DNA from: Capsulimonadales bacterium
GTDB lineage: Bacteria; Armatimonadota; Armatimonadia; Armatimonadales; Armatimonadaceae
Assembly (NCBI GenBank): GCA_033762295.1
Contig: JANRLW010000013.1
Coordinates: forward strand, 1 to 10,229
Length of the DNA stretch: 10,229 bases
Direction: 5' to 3'
Part shown: in pieces, positions 1 through 6,710 of the stretch
How the letters are laid out: each line of letters opens with the position of its first letter
Numbering within the stretch: position 1 is the first letter of the stretch
Notes under the pieces: model-generated
Databases searched by the model: none
Told to the model about the DNA's origin: nothing
What the model saw: only the letters and a program-made list of their open reading frames with translations
Translations under genes and position numbers: made by a program

Positions 1-990
1 CCGTCCACCACGCCACGCCCCCTCGGGCGAACCCGCATCGCCAAAGTCGACGGGACACCCGCCGTGGACCGGGGCGCAAACCACCTCGGCGCGGACGATA
101 ACGTCATCGCCCTCGACCTCGATGGCCACCTCCGCTGGACCACCGAAACCGGCCCCGTACGCTCCGCACCCCTCGTTACCGAAACCGTCCTGTTCGTCGG
201 GTCCGCCCGCGGACTCCTCCTCGCCCTCGATCGAGCCACCGGTTCCGTACGCTGGAAGTTCGTGACCGACGGCAACGCCGGAATCCTGACCGCACCCATC
301 CTCGTCGGAGACCGCATCATCTTCGAGGCGACCGACAACAACGTCTACGCGCTGACCGCCCGCAACGGACAACTCCGCTGGAAATTCACGCGCCCCGATG
401 GCTCCCTCGGCTACGCCTCCCCGACCGCCGACCGCGGAGCGATTCTGGTCGCCGGCGAATCCACCCTCTACCTGCTCGACCCGAAAACCGGCCAGTCGCC
501 CTGGAAATCCTTCGTCGGCGGCAAAGCCCTCACCGGCCCCCTCGTCGATGGCGACCGCATCATCGTGGCCGCCGACGGACGCGGCGTCAATGCCCTCGAC
601 CGGACCGACGCCGGCGTCCTCTGGAACTTCACCGGAAAATCGCCCGGCGACTGGTTCGGACAACCCCTGCTCGCCGGCGGAACCGTCTACGTCCATACCT
701 ATCGCCGATTTACCTACGCTCTCGATGCCCGAACCGGACGGTTCAAATGGAGCGCCCGCACCGCCGAATCCTCCGTCACCCAACCCGCCCTCGATGCCCG
801 GCGCAGTACCCTGTACCTCACCTCCGATGCCGTCGGGGACGTTCCCACCCTCACCGCCCTCGATGCCGCCAGCGGACGCAAACGGTGGGACGCCGCCCTC
901 GGCCCGATCGTCGGCTCTCCCGTAATCGTCGAAGACCGCCTGCTCGTCGGATCGACCAACGGCTTCCTCTACGCCTTCGGCCTTAAATGA
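1..990 (+). CDS. PQQ-binding-like beta-propeller repeat protein (BamB-like fold), 5'-truncated by the window edge
   Basis: Frame is open from base 1 (PSTTPRPLGRTRIAKVDGTPAVDRG...), so GTG 64 is probably not the start. Seven Trp-docking motifs (DLDGHLRW, DRATGSVRW, TARNGQLRW, DPKTGQSPW, DRTDAGVLW, DARTGRFKW, DAASGRKRW) plus a closing GSPVIVEDRLLVGSTNGFLYAF blade. Confidence 0.88.
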   Translation, partial: PSTTPRPLGRTRIAKVDGTPAVDRGANHLGADDNVIALDLDGHLRWTTETGPVRSAPLVTETVLFVGSARGLLLALDRATGSVRWKFVTDGNAGILTAPILVGDRIIFEATDNNVYALTARNGQLRWKFTRPDGSLGYASPTADRGAILVAGESTLYLLDPKTGQSPWKSFVGGKALTGPLVDGDRIIVAADGRGVNALDRTDAGVLWNFTGKSPGDWFGQPLLAGGTVYVHTYRRFTYALDARTGRFKWSARTAESSVTQPALDARRSTLYLTSDAVGDVPTLTALDAASGRKRWDAALGPIVGSPVIVEDRLLVGSTNGFLYAFGLK

Positions 991-2015
991 TCCTCTTTCA
1001 AACCACCCGATTGCTCGTCCGCTCGATCGACGACGCCGATCTCGACGATCTTCACCGCCTGTTCGGAAACCCCGACGTCACCCGACGGATGGGAGACGGC
1101 CAACCCCTCGAACGCACCCGCTGCGCCGAATGGATCGCCGTGACCCGAAGAAACTACCGCACGAAAGGGTTCGGCCTCTCCCTCGTCACCGACCGGTCCA
1201 CCGGACAGACCGTCGGAGCCTGCGGCATCGTCTACGCACCGGACCGAAACCAGCCGGAGATTCTCTACGCGTTTTTCCCGGAGGTCCGGAACCGCGGCTA
1301 CGGCGGGGAGACCGCCGCCGCCCTGCTCGATTACGGATTTCGCCACTTCCACCTGCCCCGTATTCTGGCCACCATCCGGACCGACCATTCCGCCTCACGC
1401 AAAATCGCCGAACGCTGCGGAATGACCCTCGACACGATCGAAACCGACGAAGATGGCTCACAGACCGCGGTCTACTCCCTTGCAAACCCCGGTCTCGCCG
1501 TCCGTCGCCTCGATAATTCCGAAATGCTGGACGATACCCGACTCTCAGGACTGTGCCGCGTCCTGATCGACACCGTCAACGGAGGAGCCTCCGTCGGTTT
1601 CCTGCCACCCCTCGCCCACGACACCGCACCCGACTACTGGAACGCCGTTCGCCGCAGCCTCGGCTCCGAAGTCGTGCTCTGGATCGCCGAACAAAACGGC
1701 GAAATCCTCGGCACCGTCCAGTTGCATCGCTGCCCGAAGGAAAACGGGCGACATCGCGCCGAAATCGCCAAAATGATCGTCCACCCCGAACACCGAAACC
1801 GCGGCATCGCGTCCGCCCTCCTCGGTCATGCCGAACGGTTCGCCCGGAACGACGGACGGACCACTCTCGTTCTCGATACCGAAGCCGGCTCCGATGCCGA
1901 ATTTCTCTACCGGAAAAACGGATGGCAGCGGGTCGGCGAAATTCCCGAATACGCCCTCAATGCCCGGGGCGAACGCATCGCCACCGCGTACTACTACAAA
2001 CTTCTCCCCGAATAA
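987..2015 (+). CDS. Tandem GNAT acetyltransferase: N-terminal RimJ/RimL-like domain fused to a C-terminal TTR (tabtoxin-resistance protein)-like domain
   Basis: ATGA overlap with the upstream stop at 987-990. N-domain: FQTTRLLVR, EILYAFFPEVRNRGYGGE, DHSASRKIAERCGM. C-domain: LIDTVNGGASVGFLPPL, HRAEIAKMIVHPEHRNRGIA, LVLDTEAGSDAEFLYRKNGWQRVGEIPEYA. Each half has an acetyl-CoA motif (RNRGYG, RNRGIA). Confidence 0.9.
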   Translation: MILFQTTRLLVRSIDDADLDDLHRLFGNPDVTRRMGDGQPLERTRCAEWIAVTRRNYRTKGFGLSLVTDRSTGQTVGACGIVYAPDRNQPEILYAFFPEVRNRGYGGETAAALLDYGFRHFHLPRILATIRTDHSASRKIAERCGMTLDTIETDEDGSQTAVYSLANPGLAVRRLDNSEMLDDTRLSGLCRVLIDTVNGGASVGFLPPLAHDTAPDYWNAVRRSLGSEVVLWIAEQNGEILGTVQLHRCPKENGRHRAEIAKMIVHPEHRNRGIASALLGHAERFARNDGRTTLVLDTEAGSDAEFLYRKNGWQRVGEIPEYALNARGERIATAYYYKLLPE

Positions 2016-2054
2016 AACGGAAAGACCGTCCGGGTTCCCCACGGACGGTCCTTC
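2012..2054 (-). terminator. Intrinsic terminator between convergent genes, best formed on the - strand and possibly bidirectional
   Basis: Perfect 9-bp inverted repeat GACCGTCCG (2024-2032) / CGGACGGTC (2042-2050). On the - strand RNA it extends to GAAGGACCGUCCG / CGGACGGUCUUUC with one G-U pair and is followed by CGUUUUAU. Confidence 0.75.
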
Positions 2055-2071
2055 ATTCCCCACCGCACCGG

Positions 2072-2863
2072 TCAGTCCGCGTCGGCGTCGCCTCCCGCGT
2101 CCGCGTCGGCCCCCGATTCATCGTTCGCCCCGGACGCCGAAAAGTCGCCCAGATTCGTCGTGCAACGCGCCTTCAGAAGGTCCAGCAGTTCGCGCGGCGC
2201 CACCGTCTGCCCGACATTCACATAGGAAGCGAACTTCCGCGCCAGCAACTCCTCCGACACATCCTCACCGAAAATGGTCTGGCCCATGTTCACATACATC
2301 GAACCGTCTTCCAGGTACTTCAAATACCCCGGCGTCACCCGGTTCTGACCCACATTGTGCACCAGCGGCATCTCGCGATCCGGCAGCGTTACCGTCACCC
2401 CCGTGATCCGGATCTTTCCGAGCAGTGCGCCCTGTACCGCCGGGGTCGCCAGGAATATCCCCACGATCTCCAGCGCCGCGAAACGATCCGCCACCAGGTC
2501 TGCCGGAACGTCCGGCTTGAACAGGACCATGCCCACGATCAACAATTTTTGCTCCGGAGACAGCGCCTCCACCGTCGCCCGCGAAAACTCCTGCCACGGA
2601 CCGACCATCACCTGCATATCCGCCGGAATCGCCGTCAATGACCCGACGTTCTCCAGGACAACGTGCGAAAGCGCCGCCTTCCGGTCCGCATCGATCAGAA
2701 CCGCCCCGATATTCCGCAGCGATTCGATCGCCTTCAACTCCTCGACGTCCGCCCCTCGCAGGTCCAGCAGCCCCACATTCTCCACGCTCCGACCCGGAAC
2801 GCCTCGAAAAACCCCCAGGTTGCCGCCTCCCGCTTCCGTCCTTGCTTCCTTCGTTTCCGACAT
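2072..2863 (-). CDS. Uncharacterised 263-aa repeat protein with [N/I/V]-[V/I/L/M/T]-G repeats and an acidic tail
   Basis: Start reassigned from 3088 to ATG 2863, which is preceded by AAAGGAAA; the extension overlaps the 75-aa gene. About 11-12 periodic motifs (ENVG, RNIG, ENVG, MVG, IVG, IVG, ITG, HNVG, VNMG, VNVG, TNLG). No signal peptide or clear TM helix. Confidence 0.8.
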   Translation of the reverse strand: MSETKEARTEAGGGNLGVFRGVPGRSVENVGLLDLRGADVEELKAIESLRNIGAVLIDADRKAALSHVVLENVGSLTAIPADMQVMVGPWQEFSRATVEALSPEQKLLIVGMVLFKPDVPADLVADRFAALEIVGIFLATPAVQGALLGKIRITGVTVTLPDREMPLVHNVGQNRVTPGYLKYLEDGSMYVNMGQTIFGEDVSEELLARKFASYVNVGQTVAPRELLDLLKARCTTNLGDFSASGANDESGADADAGGDADAD

Positions 2864-2886
2864 ATTTCGTTTCCTTTCGTCAATTA

Positions 2887-3114
2887 TCAGGCCGCCGTCG
2901 GTGTGGGATTCGTCCCGGAAACCCACCTTTGCGCCGGACGCCACCATTCCGACCAGCCGAGCATGATCCGCCCGAACGTCCTCCAGGCGTCGTCCTCCTC
3001 CGACAACACCGGCGCCAGCCGCGCCAGCATCGCCTCCACCCGCTCCGGGGCGGGCAGGAACGCCTCCTGAAACAACGCCGTCAGCCACCGATCCTCCGCT
3101 TCCTCACCTGTCAC
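2887..3114 (-). CDS. 75-aa protein, putative soluble anti-sigma factor
   Basis: GTG start overlaps the sigma stop (GTGA at 3114-3111) and is preceded by AAAGGAAG. It fills the gap between the sigma gene and the repeat-protein gene. The function is inferred from position only. Confidence 0.6.
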   Translation of the reverse strand: MTGEEAEDRWLTALFQEAFLPAPERVEAMLARLAPVLSEEDDAWRTFGRIMLGWSEWWRPAQRWVSGTNPTPTAA

Positions 3115-3641
3115 GGTTGCGCTTCCTTTCCGGATTCATCCGACGACCAGCTCGCAAGCCGTGCCGCCAGACGTTGACGACTCTCCGATAACCGGCGGCG
3201 GACCGTCCCCTCCGGCATCCCCAGCATCTCCCCGATCTCCCCGCTCGAACACTCCGAAAAATAACGGAGCAGCACAATCGCCTGATCCGTCTCGCTCAGC
3301 GACTCCATCGCCTTCGCCACGTCGATCCGCAACGCGGTTCGACCCTCCGGACCGTCCGCGCCACCCTCCTCGACCTCCTCAACCTCGCTGTGCCCGCCCG
3401 TCAATCCCGAACGCTTCCGTAACGTCCTCGCCACATTCCGCGCCGCCACCAGCAGCCATGCGCGCTGCTCAACCGCCGGAATCCGATGCAGCCGTTCGAA
3501 ATGCCGCCAGGCACGAAGAAAGGTCTCCTGCACCGCGTCCTCCGCCAGTTGAGAATCCAGCCCCTGCGACAGAGCGGTCGCAAACACCAGACGAACATGA
3601 CTGCGGTAAAAACAAACAAACGGATCGGATGTCGATCTCAT
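3111..3641 (-). CDS. ECF (group 4 sigma-70) RNA polymerase sigma factor, about 176 aa
   Basis: Region 2: LAEDAVQETFLRAWRH...AWLLVAARN. Region 4: SLSETDQAIVLLRYFSECSSGEIGEMLGMPEGTVRRRLSESRQRL. Start placed at ATG 3641 by domain boundary; no clear Shine-Dalgarno (SD), so the start is less certain. Confidence 0.92.
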   Translation of the reverse strand: MRSTSDPFVCFYRSHVRLVFATALSQGLDSQLAEDAVQETFLRAWRHFERLHRIPAVEQRAWLLVAARNVARTLRKRSGLTGGHSEVEEVEEGGADGPEGRTALRIDVAKAMESLSETDQAIVLLRYFSECSSGEIGEMLGMPEGTVRRRLSESRQRLAARLASWSSDESGKEAQP

Positions 3642-3664
3642 GGTCGTGGTACGCTTTTCAATCG

Positions 3665-3721
3665 GGAAACCACCGGAAAGAGGAAAACCGTTCGCCCATT
3701 CAACCGAAAAAGAGGAAAAAA
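3665..3721 (-). promoter_or_regulatory. Putative promoter region of the leftward ECF operon with an 11-bp direct repeat
   Basis: AAAGAGGAAAA at 3677-3687 and 3709-3719 (+ strand). On the - strand an ECF-like GAACGG-N16-GGTTT overlaps the proximal copy. Confidence 0.35.
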
Positions 3722-3814
3722 TCGGCCCACACCTGCCCGTACCGGCGGGAGTCGCCGGAGGAACCACCGAAGCGTCGTTTTTCTCGTCGCCGACCGGGGC
3801 GAAGGACCGCGACC

Positions 3815-4543
3815 TCAGTCCCCCGACGACGGACCCTCGCCACCGTCCCGCGCCGCACCCACCACCAGGCGTTCCACACTCTCGGTCGGGATAATATGCA
3901 TCTGCCGACCCTGCGGCTCAAACAGGAAAACAAAGCGTCCCGTCGTCCCGACCAGACGCATCCTTTCCGGGAAACTCCCCGTTCCGGCTTTCCCCGAACC
4001 CCCGTTCACCTGAACCAGTACCTGACGATGGTTGCTGTTCCGAATATCGTTCACCGTATAGGTGACGCAAAACGGGGTGATGAACCGGACGAACAGAATC
4101 ACGATCAGGATCGTCAACCCCTCCCAGATCCGTTGACTCCGCCCCCGTTTCCCGAAATACGGGTCGTTCTCCATCCAACGCTGGAAAAAGCCCGAAGCCT
4201 GCCGGTACGCGGGAAAACGAGTGTCCAGAAAACCGTCGATCCGATAACACAGGTAAAGCGCCAGACCCGCCGCCAGAGTCAAACCCGGCACCAGCGGCTC
4301 TCGAAAGATCACCAGCAGGAAATCGGTGACATCCGCGTAAAAGAAGATATTGATTCCGAAACGCGCGAATAACTGCGTATAATAGTAGGAACCTGCCAGA
4401 CCAAGCGCCAGGTAACCCAGCGAAAGCAAAAACGCCGGCTGGTCCCGCCACAGCGTCCGCCACCAACGCTCTTCCGCTGACTCCGACGCCTCGCCCGACG
4501 CCGACGCCTTACGGCCCGCTCGCATCTCCGGCCCCATTCGCAT
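3815..4543 (-). CDS. Hypothetical integral membrane protein (about 3 TM helices plus a C-terminal beta-rich domain)
   Basis: Hydrophobic segments PAFLLSLGYLALGLAGSYYY, LVPGLTLAAGLALYLCY and GLTILIVILFVRFITPFCV. C-terminal RLVGTTGRFVFLFEPQGRQMHIIPTESV. Alternative starts at 4537 and 4525. Confidence 0.75.
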   Translation of the reverse strand: MRMGPEMRAGRKASASGEASESAEERWWRTLWRDQPAFLLSLGYLALGLAGSYYYTQLFARFGINIFFYADVTDFLLVIFREPLVPGLTLAAGLALYLCYRIDGFLDTRFPAYRQASGFFQRWMENDPYFGKRGRSQRIWEGLTILIVILFVRFITPFCVTYTVNDIRNSNHRQVLVQVNGGSGKAGTGSFPERMRLVGTTGRFVFLFEPQGRQMHIIPTESVERLVVGAARDGGEGPSSGD

Positions 4544-4600
4544 TGTTGTTCGATTTCCCCGGCGCGACCGCCGAATCCTCCCCTGCCCGCCACACGTTCC

Positions 4601-4626
4601 GACGGAGGAGAACCGCCCCCCGTTCC
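4601..4626 (-). promoter_or_regulatory. Putative ECF-type promoter upstream of the membrane protein gene
   Basis: The - strand reads GGAAC (4626-4622)-N17-CGTC (4604-4601), matching the general AAC/CGT ECF promoter pattern, about 58 nt upstream of ATG 4543. Confidence 0.4.
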
Positions 4627-4670
4627 GGAATATATGTCTGCATCCCTCGGTTTCAGGTCAGGGAGACGCC

Positions 4671-5378
4671 ATGCACGAGGAAAACACAGCCACACCGGAA
4701 TTACCCGACCGGACGCTCGTGGAACGAACGCTCCTCGGCGACGCCTCAGCCTTCGCCCTCCTGCATCGACGTCACTACCACCGCGTCTTCCGACACGCAC
4801 TCTACCGCACGCGCAACGTACAGGATGCCGAGGACATCGCCGCCGAAACCTTCGTCCGCGCCATCGGACATCTCGCCGGGTACCGCTTCCAGGGCGAATC
4901 CATTTACCCGTGGCTGGCCCGAATCGCCACCAACCTCATTCTCGACCAGGGACGAAAATTTGCCGGAACGACCTTCGTTTCCCTCGAAGGCGGAGATACC
5001 GACGGCATCCGGAACTATATCGAAGGACTCCGCAGCGACGATCCCGACCCGCACCGGCTCGCCGAACGCCAGGAGACACAGGTCTTCCTCCGCACCGCCA
5101 TCGCCGCCCTGCCGCACGACCAGGCCGAGGCCATCCTTCTCCGCTTCGGAGGAGACCTGCCCCTCAAAGAGATCGCTCAGGCAATGAATCGATCCGAAGG
5201 CGCGATCAAATCTCTCCTCCATCGGGCGCTCGTCAACCTTCGCCGAACCCTGACACAGGCGGAAGCCGATGCCGCGCAGTTTTCCGCCCGAAGAGTGCAG
5301 TATAATACGGCACAGGAGCGGAAGGACCCCGTGCGACGACTCGCGCCCCCGCAGGAAAAACCCGATGGCAACAACTGA
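4671..5378 (+). CDS. ECF RNA polymerase sigma factor with a roughly 40-aa C-terminal extension
   Basis: SD GGGAG before the ATG. LVERTLLGDASAFALL, DAEDIAAETFVRAI and PWLARIATNLILD in region 2; ALPHDQAEAILLRFGGDLPLKEIAQAMNRSEGAIKSLLHRALVNLRR in region 4. Confidence 0.95.
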   Translation: MHEENTATPELPDRTLVERTLLGDASAFALLHRRHYHRVFRHALYRTRNVQDAEDIAAETFVRAIGHLAGYRFQGESIYPWLARIATNLILDQGRKFAGTTFVSLEGGDTDGIRNYIEGLRSDDPDPHRLAERQETQVFLRTAIAALPHDQAEAILLRFGGDLPLKEIAQAMNRSEGAIKSLLHRALVNLRRTLTQAEADAAQFSARRVQYNTAQERKDPVRRLAPPQEKPDGNN

Positions 5379-5712
5379 CTGGCAAACCGGCGCAACCCCG
5401 CCGGAGGAAACCCTCTCCGAACCCATGCGACGCGTTCTCGAAGCCATCGTCGCCGGTGAACCCGTTCCCCTCGATGCGCACGCCGCTCTGACACCCGCCG
5501 AACGGAACGAACTCGCCGCCCTCGCACGCACCGCCAACCTGACCTATCTCACCCTGCAACAGCCCGACGCCTCGCCGGACGCCGAACAACGGTCGCTCGA
5601 AATCGCTCAACGGGAACTGGCCCGCCGACCCGCCCGCCCGCCCGCCCCCGATCCCGAACCGAGACCCTTCCTGCTTGCATGGCTCGATCGCCTGCGCCGA
5701 AAAACACCCTGA
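5365..5712 (+). CDS. 115-aa protein, putative soluble anti-sigma factor
   Basis: ATG 5365 is preceded by CAGGA and overlaps the sigma 3' end by 14 nt. Helical ELAALARTANLTYLTLQQPDASPDAEQRSL segment, a Pro-rich linker and a C-terminal PFLLAWLDRLRRK. No TM helix and no HxxxCxxC motif. Confidence 0.65.
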   Translation: MATTDWQTGATPPEETLSEPMRRVLEAIVAGEPVPLDAHAALTPAERNELAALARTANLTYLTLQQPDASPDAEQRSLEIAQRELARRPARPPAPDPEPRPFLLAWLDRLRRKTP

Positions 5713-5735
5713 CACAAAACACACGGGAGATTACC

Positions 5736-6680
5736 ATGACCGCTCTCGCCGGAGTCACCTTTCAAAAACTGGGGAAACTGCACTACTATCCCGCCGAGGA
5801 ACTGCCCCTCGCCGTCGGAACCCATGTCGTGGCCGAAACCGAACGCGGCGACGAATTCGGGCAGGTCAAAATCCTTCGCGACGTCGAAGGCGAACGAAAT
5901 GACGCCGCCAAATCCTACCGGATTCTCCGAGTCGCCACCCCCCGCGATGTCCGAAACGTCGAAGCCCGAAAACAGCAGGCCGACGACGGAGCCAACCTCT
6001 GCCAGGAACGCGCCCATGCCCTGCGCCTCCCCATGAAGATCGTTGAGGGCGAAGTCTCCTTCGACGGTCACCAGATCACCCTCTACTTCGTCGCCGAAAC
6101 CCGCGTCGACTTCCGCCAGCTCGTCAAAGAAGTCGCCGCACGACTCAAAATGCGCGTTCACCTGCACCAGGTCGGCAGCCGGGACCACGCACGCGCTCTC
6201 GGGGGGTACGGGCCCTGCGGGCGACCCCTCTGCTGCACTACCTTTCTGCGCGAATTCGCCCCCGTCTCCATGAAGATGGCCAAGGACCAGAGCCTCTACC
6301 TCAATCCGTCCAAATTCTCCGGCGTCTGCGGCAAACTCATGTGCTGCCTGCGGTACGAACACGACATCTATGTCGAAGCGAAAGCTCGCCTCCCACAGGT
6401 CGATATGACCGTCGCCCTCCCGACCGGCGAACGAGGCGTGGTCGTCGAAGTCGATGTACTGCGCGAACGCCTCACCGTCGTCGTCCGCGATGAAGAAACG
6501 ACACGCTACCTCAATGTCCCCGCCGCCGAAGCGCAAGTCGCCCGCGCCTGCGGAGACTGCGGCTCCGCCGGCGGAGGTTGCGGCTCCGATACCTGCGGTT
6601 CCGGCGGCTGCGGCGTTCCCGCGAAAATTCCCGCCAAAACCATCCAGTTGCAACGCTGGCACCGAAACTGGAACGCCTGA
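5736..6680 (+). CDS. ricT: PSP1-domain protein (RicT/YaaT, stage 0 sporulation family) with an extra Cys/Gly-rich C-terminal tail
   Basis: SD GGGAG before ATG 5736. VVAETERGDEFG, YFVAETRVDFRQLVKE, GGYGPCGRPLCCTTFL and MAKDQSLYLNPSKFSGVCGKLMCCLRYE are PSP1/YaaT signatures. Confidence 0.92.
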   Translation: MTALAGVTFQKLGKLHYYPAEELPLAVGTHVVAETERGDEFGQVKILRDVEGERNDAAKSYRILRVATPRDVRNVEARKQQADDGANLCQERAHALRLPMKIVEGEVSFDGHQITLYFVAETRVDFRQLVKEVAARLKMRVHLHQVGSRDHARALGGYGPCGRPLCCTTFLREFAPVSMKMAKDQSLYLNPSKFSGVCGKLMCCLRYEHDIYVEAKARLPQVDMTVALPTGERGVVVEVDVLRERLTVVVRDEETTRYLNVPAAEAQVARACGDCGSAGGGCGSDTCGSGGCGVPAKIPAKTIQLQRWHRNWNA

Positions 6681-6710
6681 TCCCGGCACGACTCCATGAA
6701 CGCGATCATC

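Noticed and set aside
64..66. GTG start for the propeller gene
   Set aside because: The frame is open to the window edge and propeller-like sequence (KVDGTPAV) precedes it.
2075..2110. 12-bp direct repeat GTCCGCGTCGGC (2075-2086, 2099-2110)
   Set aside because: It encodes the low-complexity ADAD tail; not a CRISPR repeat or a target-site duplication.
1553..2641. 362-aa + strand ORF
   Set aside because: Arg/His/Pro-rich shadow frame that overlaps two better-supported genes and crosses a terminator.
2864..3088. 75-codon N-terminal extension of the repeat protein
   Set aside because: Gly/Ala-rich out-of-frame read of the small gene; a better SD lies at ATG 2863.
3742..3758. Hairpin CCGGCG-GGAGT-CGCCGG as a terminator
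   Set aside because: Only a 6-bp all-GC stem with no adjacent U-tract.
3642..3767. 42-codon N-terminal extension of the leftward sigma
   Set aside because: No sigma-like features, and it runs through the likely promoter and direct repeats.
3161..4372. 403-aa + strand ORF
   Set aside because: Pro/Arg-rich and antisense to the sigma and membrane genes; expected in high-GC DNA.
4543..5537. Alternative ORFs 4543-5187 (+), 4634-5305 (+) and 4746-5537 (-)
   Set aside because: They overlap a clear ECF sigma gene and show no recognisable motifs.
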